Origin: Massalongia carnosa
Taxonomy: Eukaryota
NCBI GenBank assembly: GCA_965645245.1
Contig: OZ287068.1
Location: forward strand, 310,001-374,000
DNA: 64,000 nt
Direction of reading: 5' to 3'
Shown: positions 1 to 12,347 of the stretch, in pieces
Numbering within the stretch: position 1 is the first letter of the stretch
Layout of the letters: every line of letters starts with the position of its first letter
Made by a program: the position numbers and the translations under genes
The notes under the pieces: generated by a model
What the model saw: the letters and a program-made list of their open reading frames with translations, nothing else
Databases searched by the model: none
Told to the model about the DNA's origin: nothing

Positions 1-1039
1 TACCATGAATGGAGTCTTGATTCATTTCCAAAAACCGAAATCTATCCTTGGATTTTTGTTCGACCGATTGCCAGCCTATTTTTTCGAATATGAACCCATC
101 ATTATCATTACAGTATTGGATCTACGCAGAATCCAGCCACCAGAGGACTTTTAGTCTTAATACTTAGCCTAATATCAGCCACTTCGATTTGATTGCTTTC
201 TGCTCTTTTTGTTACTAGATAGATGCTTTGTGGGCCAATATCGCTCGTATAGAGAACGAGGAGAGGATACAAGACGAATAGAAGGACAACCAATCGGTTG
301 CGAAGTTAATGAGACTTGATAATTCGCCCTAATTTATGGGGTTAATAACTTTCTGTCTTTGTAAGACCTGTGCCAGCTCCCCGCCTCATCATCCCCACGA
401 TCTTCGAAGATTTTCAGATTGATATTAATCCATTAATCTATTCGTTGCATCCGTCGTGGTATCTTTAGCGTAATAAAGTCGGGTCTTGTGTTATATTCGC
501 CACCAGCAATATATTTTAGTTTGACTACTATATCGATGTTGGCTATCGGCAGCAAAATACCCGTCGAAAGATTTGAAGGATGAAAAGGATTTGGAGAATC
601 CTGCAGGATCAATCCAATGCACGGAAAAGAAAACTCCTGCAGAGTCAGGGCATCCACATAGATGACCACTGCAAACGCGATTCTAAAAGATATCTCATCC
701 CAAGGTTTTCTTAAATCCTTAGTGGCGCTTTTCAGCTTGCCGATATTCCTCCTGTGGGAGAAAATGATTAGAATACGTACTTCATTCCTCCTAGTTATTT
801 AAGGAGCGTATACCGTCATGCGATGCGACTCCGCAATCTCTAGCGCTCACTGCTCAAGTATTCATGTAGATAATGCTCTCTTTGACCATGGTTTGCGAGG
901 CTGTCTTTCAAGACATCCTAAATATGACTTAGTCTATTTTGACCTAAAAATCCCAATCAGTTTTTCAAAGAACGCAAATTCATTCAAAGCCAGGTCTTGG
1001 ATATCCTACTTTATTTAAGTTCCCGCAGTATTTGGAAGC

Positions 1040-4000
1040 ATGTACACTCCAAATGGAATTTCTGATCGAAACGTCTCCATAGGCGAGTTGAAAATGGCTA
1101 GAGACCCCGGAAGTATAAGCTATGAAGACGAACTGCAGGTCTGGGAATGGAACCAAACGTCTACGAAAGCCATCGGAACTTTTGTTCATGATCTTATCAC
1201 AGCACGCGTACTTGCTCAACCCGCTTCAGAAGCAGTCTGTTCCTGGGAGGGCTGTTTAACATATAGTGAGCTTGAAGAACTATCCTCGCGGTTGGCAGGC
1301 TACTTGGCTGGGCAAGGCATTGGTCCTGAGATATTGGTGCCTCTTTGTTTTGAGAAGTCAATCTGGACGATTGTGGCAATGCTAGCAGTCCTCAAGGCCG
1401 GTGGAGCTTTTGTTCCTCTTGACCCTACTCAACCAAAGGAGCGGCTAATACATATTATCGGCCAGACAGAAGCTACCCTCGTGCTTTCGTCATCGAAGTA
1501 TGCACAGGCTTGCGGAGATATTTTGGATAATGTCTTTGTGGTGGATGCTGAAAGTATGGGGAAACTCGAAAACAATACGGTATTCTCCAAAGCACCGAGT
1601 CCCAATACTGCTGCATACGTTATTTTCACTTCTGGCAGTACTGGGCAGCCCAAGGGTGTTATCATCGAGCATGAGCAGTTGAGCACTAGCTCAATTCTAG
1701 TTGGAAAAGCCATGGGCTTCGAAAGCAAGCCGCGGGTTCTGCAATTTGCTTCGTACGTCTTCGACGCCTGTATTCTTGAAATCTTAACAACGCTCGTTTT
1801 TGGTGGGTGTATTTGTGTTCCATCTGACTCACAGCGCTTGAACAATCTTGTCGACGTTATGAACAATATGAGAGTCACCTGTGCGTTTTTCACACCCTCT
1901 CTTTTGAGCAATCTCCGCTCTGAAGTTTTTGAGACGCTCGATACTATCATTCTCGGCGGAGAAAGCATTCCTCCAGCCCTCGTCACACTTTGGGCCTCTA
2001 GGCTAAGACTCATACTTGCCTATGGCCCAACAGAGTGTTGTGTAATTTGTTTCACGCTGGATACGAGTCAGTGCACAGCCGGTGCTGGAGACATAGGGCG
2101 AGCTATCAGCGGACAGGCATGGATTGTTCAAGCCCACAACTTCAACGAGTTAGCTCCAACTGGTACTGTTGGCGAGCTAATTATCGAGGGTCCTATATTA
2201 GCCCGAGGATACCTGAATGACAAAGCTAAGACCGACGCGGCTTTCATCCATGACCCGAAGTGGATGCCCCGACAAAAACGCCAAGGTGGTAGCCGGATGT
2301 ACCGCACCGGTGATTTGGTGAAGTACAACGAGGACGGCTCCCTCAACTTCGTAGGACGAATTGACAATCAAGTAAAAGTAAGGGGACAGCGTTTGGAGCT
2401 CGGAGAAGTGGAATTCCACCTAAGAGATTCCATCTTAGCATTTGCAGATATACGAGAGGTTGTGGTTGAGGTGGTTATTCCCACAGGCGAGGCTGGCTCA
2501 CCTATTCTAGCTGCATTCCTTCGAGTTGCCAACGCCGTAGATTCCTTCGGATATTTGGAATGGGCCGAGAACGAAGCTTCCCTACTGATAACCTCAAAGG
2601 CCGAGCGACAGCGTCTTGCATCCTTGGTAAAAGACATCCGAACCAAGCTACTACTTGTACTGCCAGCTTATGCCGTGCCGTCACTTTATATCCCTATGCG
2701 CCATATTCCTCTTTCTGTCTCTGGCAAGGTGGATCGGCAAAGACTGCGTTGCATAAGTGCAGAACTGTCCTTATCACAGCTCTCTAGTTTCTCCGAAGAA
2801 GGAAATGGCTTGGCTTTCCCGCAGCAAGATGTACCACAGACGCCGCTTGAACGCCAGTTGCAAGACCTATGGGCCGAAGTCTTGGAAATAAGTCATGACA
2901 TGGTCGTGTTGAAAAGTAATTTTTTCTGGCTTGGAGGTGATTCTGTTAGAGCAATAGGACTTGTTACGGCTGCGCGTAAACTTGGTCTGCTTCTGACAGT
3001 CGAAACTGTTTTCAGGTATCCAGTTCTGTCTGAGATGGCTTTACAGACAACCCACAATACCTTTCCCGAGGCACAGAAGCTAGAAATTATCCCCTTCGCG
3101 CTGATAGACCATAGCGATGTTGCCAACCGACTTCGTGACGAGGCCAGTGTCCAGTGCAAAATCAGCAGGGAGCAAGTTCAAGATATCTATCCAACTTCCC
3201 CAATGCAACAAGGCCTCATGGCTCTCTCCATAAAAGAGGTCAGCACTTACGTTATGCAACTAGTCTACTCGCTCCCCCTATCAATGAATTTGGATTACTT
3301 CAAAGTTGCTTGGCAGACGATAGCTGCCTTTAATCCTATATTGAGGACTCGGTTCTTTGAGGACATCTCAGGCGATATGTTCCAGGCGGTGCTTAAAGAG
3401 CCCCTTCAATGGCAAGTGATACAAAACCAAAGTCTAGATTCCTATCTTGCAGAGGACAAGAAATCGGGATTGCAAATGGGGCAGCCAATGTCGCGATACA
3501 CTGTCTTGGAAGACGCCGCATTTTCGGAGCACCAATTCGTTTGGACAATCCATCATTCCTTGATAGATGGGTGGTCGCTGCCACTGATAATCAGGGCCGT
3601 TGAGCAATGCTACTTAGGATATCCAGCCTCTTCGACTCTGAGCTTCAACCATTTTATACGGTACTTATCCTATAAAAACACAGAAACTTTCAAAGAATTC
3701 TGGAGGCACCAATTGATTGATGCACCTTCTCCTTACTTTCCACAGCTTCCTTCACCAACGTATCGGCCATTGGGAAACGCATCCCTTAAGCACGAAGTGA
3801 CTTTGTCCAGACAAGCACAAACTAGCATCACCACCGCAACAATCATCAAGGCAGCATGGTCTTTATTGGTCGGTATATACTCGAACACAACTGATGTAGT
3901 CACTGGTATGACCCTTAGTGGCCGTACGGCAGAGCTTCCTGGTATTGAGCTTGTGGCGGGTCCAACTATTGCCACCATTCCCTTCAGAGTGCAGTTTCAA

Positions 4001-7000
4001 AGTAATCAATCCGTAAACAGTTTTCTCGAGAGTGTCCAAAGGCAATACCTCGATATTATTCCTTATGAGCAGATTGGCCTTCAGAATATTAAGCGCATAA
4101 GTGCAGAGGCTGAGGCATCTTGCAGTTTTCGAAGTCTCTTGATAATCCAATCGACACAAACCCTAGCCTCGAAGCAAGCTGCTCCCCAACTACTGTCGAT
4201 GAAACGAGAAATTTCAATATTCTTGGATTATGCTCTCACAATAGAGTGCGAACTTGAGGACAAAATAATCAAAATCCGAGCAACTTTCGACAAAAAGGTG
4301 CTAAACCCTGCACAAATTCGAAGGATATTCCGTCAATTTGATAACTTGCTGCATCGCCTTGGCGCAGAAGACCCAAATACAACAATTTCTGATGTCCAGG
4401 GAGCCTGCCAAGCCGATGTAACGGAGATAATGGAATGGAATCTAGCTTCTCCGGTCCCATTTGATGCCTGCGTACACGAGCTTATTGAACAACGTATTCA
4501 GACTCAGCCGGACCATTTAGCAGTATGTGCCTGGGATGGAGAGCTAAGCTATAAAGTGCTCGGCGACCTTTCATCATGCCTAGCAGCTTGGCTCATCAAT
4601 CATGAAAATATCGGGCCCGAATCTTTGGTGCCCATATGCTTCGTGAAATCCAAGTGGGCTGTCATTGCGATGTTAGGTGTTCTCAAGGCTGGAGGCGCAT
4701 GTGTGCCGCTAGATCTAAAGCATCCCATAGGCCGTCAGAAAACGATTCTCGAAAACTTGGGAAAGAAAGGCGCGAGTGTAGTTTTGACCTCAATGTCAGT
4801 TGCAAGTTTATTCGAGGGGATCAAGCCAACACTGATTGTGGACTCATCTTTGCTTGACAAGTTATCAATGAATTCTCAGTTCATTGTCTCACGAGCAGTG
4901 CCCAGGAATCCAGCATTTGTTGTATTTACATCCGGTAGCACTGGAAAACCGAAAGGTATCATTGTTGAGCACGTAGCGCTATGTACTAGTGCTCGAGAAC
5001 ACGGTGCCGTCATCAAACTTGGTCCACATTCTCGGGTATTGCAATTCGCTGCTTTCACATTCGACATAAGCTATAGTGATATTTTCGCTACTCTGATACA
5101 CGGTGGCAGCGTATGCATTCCCTCGGAACATGACAGGATGAACGACTTGGTAGGAGCGATTCGGTCTATGGACGTAAACCAAGCCTGCCTGACACCAACA
5201 GTTGCTAGTCAACTTCGACCAGAAGATGTAAGAAGCCTAAACGTCTTGGTGGTCGCCGGCGAACCTTCGACTAAGGAGTTAGTGGAACGCTGGGCAGATC
5301 ATGTAGTATTGATTAACATGTACGGTCCAGCTGAATGCACAATCTATTGCGTTGGTAAGCCAGATATTTTGCGAAGTGATCATCCTAGCGACATTGGACA
5401 TGGTGTAGGCGCTCTAACTTGGATTGTTAACCCTGGTAATTCAAATATTCTGACCCCAATTGGGGGGTTGGGCGAACTCCTCATAGAGGGTCCGACCCTG
5501 GCGCGCAGCTATCTCAACGATGAGATCCAGACCAGCGCAGTGTTCATAGAAAATCCAGCATGGGTTAGATTGAAGCCATCTATTGATAACCTTCCATCTC
5601 GGCGCCTTTACAAGACTGGAGATTTGGTGCAGTACAATCCTGACGGTTCAATAAGGTTTGTCGGCCGGAAGAATGACGGGCAAGTCAAGCTGCGAGGCCA
5701 ACGAATCGAGCTAGGCGAGGTTGAATATCAATTACGGGCCAGTCTTGTGCATCCACTTGACTTAGCCGTAGTGGTATTCACACCAGACCAGGGACGGCCT
5801 ACTTTAGCAGCATTTCTTACTATCGAGGGAGTTTCCAATGGAGCCAGCGATCCAGAGGTTATAGCGAGCTCGCCCGCGCAGATTGAACACCTCCAGTCTC
5901 TCACAGCTGGGCTGGAGAAGAGGCTCTCTGCAACCTTACCATCGTATATGGTCCCATCAGTATTCATTCCCGTTTTCATGATCCCTCATACTAGCTCGGG
6001 CAAAGTCAACCGCAAGAAGTTGCGGCAGATAGCAGATGGGCTGTCTCTCAATCAGTTGGCAGATTTCCGAAATGTGAGAGCTAAGCGCATATCACCTTCC
6101 ACATTTATGGAGCAACGAATGCATGATCACTGGACTTCGCTCCTAAAGCTCACCGAAATTGGGATTAATGACAATTTCTTCCAGCTTGGGGGCGATTCCA
6201 TCACAGCGATGCGACTAGTTGCAGCTGCTCACAAAGACGGGGTATCACTAACTGTGGACAAAATCTTCAAGAATCCGGTGCTATCTGATATGGCCTTAGT
6301 AGCACACAGGGGTTCCTCGGAAGACACTCCCGAAATAGCTCCTTTTTCACTGCTAATGACTCCAGCCAAAGAAGAGATCCTTAATGCGGCGGTATCTCAA
6401 TGCAAAGTTGGGAGGGACCGAATTGAAGATATCTATCCATGTACACCCCAGCAGGAGTTTTGGATTAAGGGCGGCATCGCAACGCATGAGCACCAGGCGC
6501 AGAGTGTCTACTACTTGCCAGCTTCTCTAAATCTATCCAGATTTTGCGCTGCCTGGGAAGCGGTTGTCGCTTCTCATGCTATGTTACGAACGCGCATTAT
6601 CCATACTTCAAATGAATACTTGCAAGTAGTAGTAAAGACAGGTATAGAATGGCGCCAGGAAACATCTTTAGCCTCATATCTTGACAGGGACAGATGTGAA
6701 GTCATTGGGCTTGGTGAAAGCCTCCAACGATTTTGCATAGTGGAGGACGATAGTTTAGAGGCAAAATATTTCGTCTGGACGGCACAGCACGCTTCTTATG
6801 ACGGCTGGTCTCTCTATCTGCTTTTTCAAGATCTAGACCACGCCTATCAGCATGGAGTTTCTAAGGCTTCCGGGGTGAAATTCAACCAATTTATCAAAAC
6901 TGCCATCACGTGTGACAAGAACGCGGCCAGCGCGTTTTGGCAGACGCAGCTTGCTGGTCCAGCCCCAAAGCCCTTGTTCGTTGTTCCGGAACATCATCAA

Positions 7001-7837
7001 ATCTTTCCAGACACGATGTGGAAGCGCAGGATTAGGCTCTCAATGACGCAAAGATCGCAAATTACCATTTCTACCATGATTGAGGTATCATGGTCACTCG
7101 TGTTTGCCCAAACTCTAGGCTGCCATCATGTGGTCCTCGACATTCTCCGCGCTGGACGCACCACCCCTATTCACGGCCTCGAGAATTTGATTGCGCCAAC
7201 AACAACGGCGGTTCCTTTCCGTATCCATGTAGATCATCACCAAAGGACTCAGGATCTGCTCCTCCGCGTACAGTAGCAGTTGAGCGAAATAACTCCCTTT
7301 GAACACTTGGGCTTTGAAAACATCGCAAAGATCAGCGAGGAAGTCGCGGCAATCTGTAAAAATGCCATTCGGATTAACATCGCCCCGCCATTAGGTGACG
7401 GGCAGTCAAGGAGCGGGTTAGACATGCCTTTGGCTTGGGCAGAGTTGGCGTTGAAGATCCCGTTTCGGCTAGACTGTGCCATACATAAGAATGATGTTGA
7501 ACTCGAAGCGGTTTTCGATAAGGATTTGATCGCAATAGACCAAGTGGACAGTCTCCTCCACCAGTTCGAGCAGGCACTGCAGCAAGTTTCGTCGGCCGGA
7601 GCTGAGCAAAGTTTGGGAGACATAGACCTGTCGGGAACTTCGAATGAGGAATCGGTTCTGGTTGAATCCATTTCCACGAAATCTGCTCGTGTGCGACAAA
7701 GTATACTCGTAAGTTCCGTTTCCTTGGCTAGATTTAGAAAGCCAGCTAACTCCTGCGAGGCACCTGCTCAGTCTCGCAACCCCGAAAAACTGGCTCCGAC
7801 ATATCCGACGCGATCTTTCATAGTTGGCGAATGGTAG
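1040..7837 (+). CDS. Dimodular nonribosomal peptide synthetase A-T-C-A-T-C, intronless, with one in-frame TAG at 7274-7276 (readthrough, pseudogene or sequencing error)
   Basis: A motifs YVIFTSGSTGQPKG, YGPTE, YRTGD, QVKVRGQRLELGEVE and FTSGSTGKPKG, YGPAE, YKTGD. T motifs FFWLGGDS and FFQLGGDS. C motifs HHSLIDGWS and QHASYDGWS. The ORFs 1040..7276 and 7280..7837 are in the same frame and the C-domain sequence continues across the stop. Confidence 0.93.
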
Positions 7838-8225
7838 AGGTTTTCCAAAAAGATCGATAACTGTTTAGTAAACACGCAATAGAGATAAATTTCTTCTGTG
7901 GAAACCATATGTACCGTTGTAAATAAACCTAAGGTTTCTTAAGGCAGTTGCGTAGGGTTGGATTCTCGAGACTCTGCTGCTTAATTGTCCGATGACGTAA
8001 TGGCCCTGGGGCATCGTCCCCGTTGGGCAGCGAATGCGCCACAGCTACACTTTCCATGACCATTTCGTGTTTTTGGTGGTTGGAGTAAATGCATTCACAC
8101 ATCTGGGGGAAACATGCAGATCTCCAGTTATGAAATTATAGATTCACTTTGTATGTATAATAGCATGATTGTCAATGAAGGTAATTATCTATGTGGGCTA
8201 TTTGTCTGCTTTACTCTCGTATATA

Positions 8226-10095
8226 CGAGATGCTTAGGGACAGTCCCCCCGACCGTCCCCCCTGTGTAAATCTTTGCTAGTAAAAAGCCATATCACTGCT
8301 CATCCAGGGTGCGTACAAGCTAGTAATGCAACTGCCAACAGCACATTAAACTCTTTTCGGTTTAAATCGTATGACGTGTTATTGCTACTTATAATTATCC
8401 TACTCGGTCTGATAAAGCATACCCTCACCCTCATCCTCACCCTCACTTACCATTTGCCCTTGCCTATAAGACAATCGGTGCAGAAAATATGTGATGAGGT
8501 GCGGAAAAAACAATTAGATCAGGAGATATTGTGCAATCAACAGCGAATACGCAATCCTAGATTGATAGATAGAAATGCTTTTACGCTACTCATTGGGAAA
8601 ATTACGCATCATGTCATTGGCCTCGATTCAAGAGAACTCGATGCCGCCAAATCATTAGCAGAACGAATCCTTTCAATTTTCCCTGATGGTGGAAGCTGTG
8701 TTTATGATTGTGAATTGCATTTAAGGTACGGTCTCCCATGCAAATACTGGTTGTATAAATGCATCATCGACTCGGTCCCTATTCCCGTTTCCCTCATCCA
8801 CCCCCCGCTGGTTTTTTTATGGCCCACCTTATGCGGTCTCTTGGCAAATGACCTTCGATCTCGCTCGCGGCTCGGAGCCCGAGGTTGAAAAGATCGTCGA
8901 TAAGGTCGAAGGGACGGGAAAGATTGAGGCGGATAAGGATGAGGTCGAGCTCGAAGAAGGCGTTTTGGGTGAGGATAGATTTCGCCGCGGGGGCCTTGAT
9001 TTACTACACTCTGTGGCATATCAATCTATTGACCTGCATCAGTCAATAGAAGATTCTCATCGAAGGGAGGAGTACGCTCGCGACCATGCTCACATTGTTG
9101 AAAAGTTCAATAAGAAATGGCAAAAGAAGGAGCTGGTAAGACCTCTCATCCCCACCACATTCCCCGACGAAATTCGGCCCAAAGAAAACCTCATGTATAA
9201 GAAAGGAAGGAGTCGTCGACGTGCCTACACTGGTCGCGAGGCAGCTGAGGCTAGAGAAACTGAACAGCGACGTACTAGGCGAAGGGACTCTATTGAACAA
9301 GGGAGGAGGCTTAGATATAATAGATTGCGTGCTGGGGGCGACGATGGTGTTGAAGGTGAAACAGAAGATAAAACTCACGATGTTGCAAAGTTATTGCGCC
9401 CGGGTCGGCTAATATTGGGTACAATAGGTTTAGGAGAAAACTTAGTTATGGAGAGAATGGAAAACACGCCTATCGTCTCCGACGACGATGACGAGGTGCA
9501 GTATATAAGCACTCAGCCCATTCTCGGTCGTTCCATGGGTCCTATGTTTCCTTCAGATGACGATAATGATGTTATTCTTACATCAGAAGCCTCGTCGGAT
9601 TCGCTCGAAGATATTGACGATGTGCTTGCCAAGCATAGTCAAAAAGCCCTACCTCAGGCAGCGCTGCCTTCATCTCTTTATTGTCTCAGTCAAAACGTGC
9701 GCGCCAGTCAAATTCTCCCTACTTTCTCTGCAACAACGTGAAAGTCTCGGGGTGTGGCGAAGAAATCAAAGGCTCAGTTGGAGTTGGAATCTCAGCAAAG
9801 AGTCGAGAAATCAGTCAAACAGGCTAGGGTTCAAGCGAGAAAGGAAACGGCGATGAGAAAGGTGGCTAAAACCATGAAGCCTAGAAAAGATGATGTATCG
9901 CAATTGGCTGACGAGTTTTTGGAGTTGAAGTCATCGCAATAGGTAGATGTTGAATACACTTAGTCAGTAACAACAACATTATTAATACGTAGTGTAACTG
10001 CTAGCTTGTACGCACCCTGTATGAGTAGTAAAATGGCTGTTTACTAGTAAAGATTTACACAGGGGGACGGTCGGGGACTGTCTCTAAGCATCTCG
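8226..10095 (+). mobile_element. Non-autonomous (internally deleted) Mutator-like DNA transposon
   Basis: Imperfect TIRs at 8226-8323 and 10001-10095 (cgagatgcttag[g/a]gacagtcccc...gggtgcgtacaagctag). Internal SWIM-like motif CxxxC..RYGLPCKY followed by IHP/RW. No DDE core seen and no TSD found. Confidence 0.85.
8450..9942 (+). pseudogene. C-terminal part of a MULE transposase (SWIM region plus acidic/basic tail)
   Basis: A frameshift in the C-run at ~8801-8807 joins ORF 8274..8888 to the 8848..9741 frame (IHPRWFFYGPPYAVSWQMTF). A further break lies near 9741. Confidence 0.7.
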
Positions 10096-10233
10096 CTCCC
10101 ACATGAGGTAGTATATAAAGAAGCACTACCTCAATGCCCTACGACCTTGTTTGAATCTTTCATTTTCCAGAATCCCTGTGTCGTTATTGATGGAACTGTT
10201 GGGTGTGGGAATGGTGTCACTATTAGGAAGCTG

Positions 10234-10285
10234 TAAACATCACCTAAATGTCACCTAAACATTACCTGAACATCACTCTAACATT
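10234..10285. repeat. 11-bp tandem repeat, about 4.5 units (taaacatcacc-like), just upstream of the piggyBac ORF
   Basis: taaacatcacc taaatgtcacc taaacattacc tgaacatcact ctaacatt. Confidence 0.7.
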
Positions 10286-11335
10286 ATAAATTTCTTGAAT
10301 AAAACATTATGATAGGCATTGAAATTGAGATTCCTGATCAATCAGATGTCTTGGCTCCCTCGGTGCTGAAATAACAGGCCAAAAAAAATTAACCCAGCGT
10401 GCAAAGTATTATTGACTCCATTCCTCCCCCTTCTTCAAGATATTCTCCAGTGTCTGTCTCATTTCGTCCACCCCAGGCAGACGAGATGCTGCGCTTGAGA
10501 ACTCAGACTCCTTTCAGTCTATTCTTCCTCTTCTTTAGCTCTGAACTACTTGAAATCATTGCCCAGAACACGAATCTAAAAGCGAGTAAGGAGTACTCCA
10601 CCAATAACTTCAAGCATCGACGTCTTTGGCACAGCACCTCTGCTGCTGAAATAGGTGTTTTTCTTGGAATACTATTATACATGGGCTACACGCTAATGCC
10701 TCGTACGACTGATTACTGGATAACGGACCCTAAGTTTGCTATTCATGAATTGGTTTTTCAGAGTATGGCTCGTTGCCGCTGGCAGCAACTCAAACGGTTT
10801 TTGAAAATTTCCAATCCCGATGATGATGAGAATATTGATACGCGGGGCCCTGATTGGTGGAAAAAGCTTGAGCCTTTAACAACGAATTTTCGAATGGCTT
10901 CAAAAAAGTATTGGATACCTGGTAGTCATTTGTCAATTGATGAACAATTGATTTTATTCAGAGGGAGAAGTTGTCACACTATGCAAATTGCCACCAAAGC
11001 TGCTGGGGTAGGTTTTAAAATCTACAGTCTATGTCAAGAAAATTATCTCTTTGAGTTTCTTTTTACTTCAAAGGTAAGATGAAAAGAAAAAAAGAAAAAG
11101 CACTTTTCGTACTGACTTCGAAAGTAGGTGTCGAAAATTAGTGAACTGAAAAGCCTCCGTCAATTAAACTTTCCATCCACCAAGTGGAACTTAACACCTT
11201 CATCCCTAGTTGTCATTCAACTAAGCCAAGGTTTACCTTCCTACGAAACTTTGAAATACGTTATATTTCTAGATAACTTCTTCACCAGTACGAAGTTATT
11301 CAAAGCTTTAAAAACCATGGGGATAGGTGCTTGTG

Positions 11336-12347
11336 TGTAATGGGCTACGAGACCAGTAAGCTTATCACGAGCGACACTGATCTCGAAAGGGGAAATGCTC
11401 AGCGTGAGAGGTGGAAGATAGCTACTACGTGCTAGTCTCCGAGAGTTTATGTGATCCAAAGAACTAATAGATGTGGAAGTGCTTAGACCAAGAGATCTCG
11501 TCCGAGACCCAAACGTAGGTTGTTCATAGAATAAAGACTAATTGCTAACGAATACTACAGGATTCGTTCTGGTATTTATCCTACTCACCCCAAGCCTATA
11601 GCCTCGGGAGCCTTGGAACCTTAGGAGCCTTGCAACCCACTTCTGACCTTATCGCCTTACATCTAACCATCCCTCAGGATCCATCTACGAACTCGGCGTT
11701 CGCTGGATCATCTAGTCAGCCTCGAGCAGCCTTCTAGACCTTCCCTTGCAAGGTAGAACACTTCTACCTCCGGCTAGATCCCTCACTACATTGCTAGCCT
11801 GCCTCTAAACATAAAGTCTAGACGCCGAGGCTATGTAGCTTCATTTCGCCGTCACCACTACCAACGTAGCGATGGAAGGTTACCTCCGACTGAATCTCTA
11901 TCTACACTGCGGACCTGCCTCTAAACACAAGGTCTAGACCACAAGGTCATGTAGGTTCACTCAGCCGACATCACTACCAACGTAGCAATAAAGGTGGAAG
12001 CTGAAGTTTACACCGGGGAGGCCGAGCTCAAGCTGCGTCCAGCTAGCCGTGCCTCCTGCTACAACTCTTGATCCATCAAGAGATCGAGTAGCTCCGAGTA
12101 GGCCAGTAGATTCCATATAGAGTTCACGGCTTCTCCACAGGAGTTCGCCTTACTCCATGGCAATCTACCACCACGGCCTCGACAGGTGTTTGATCTGTAA
12201 GCAACAACTAATTCGGAGTTGTGTGGCAAGGTGGCGTCGTGTCAACCTCGACGGCTGTGCGACTAAGTACTACGGCCTAGCTCATGCTAGTTAATCCCGC
12301 AACCGCCGTAGGCGATCACGTATCCCTCTAGCGCCATCCGCATTACA
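11336..12347. mobile_element. Solo LTR (or short LTR-derived element), 1012 bp
   Basis: Starts TGTAATG and ends CATTACA, flanked by the 5-bp direct repeat TTGTG (11331-11335 and 12348-12352). Removing it restores the transposase frame GIGAC-GTAKAGCGFPM. Confidence 0.9.
11765..11995. repeat. Two imperfect ~116-bp tandem units inside the LTR
   Basis: Units at 11765-11880 and 11881-11995 share tacctccg..., cctgcctctaaaca..gtctagac and cactaccaacgtagc..aaggt. Confidence 0.8.

Noticed and set aside
108..780. Short minus-strand ORFs with an acceptor-like site near 755
   Set aside because: Possibly a decayed gene, but I recognised no motif and could not assemble a frame.
8011..8035. Weak inverted similarity to 13319-13341 as piggyBac TIRs
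   Set aside because: Only about 10 of 15 bases match and there is no TTAA flank, which is too weak to call.
10104..10113. TGAGGTAGTA resembles the 5' end of let-7
   Set aside because: A 10-nt match with no precursor, in a fungus; chance.
10389..10400. TTAACCC as the piggyBac left end
   Set aside because: It lies inside the reconstructed ORF (the TAA is an in-frame stop) and no matching right end was found.
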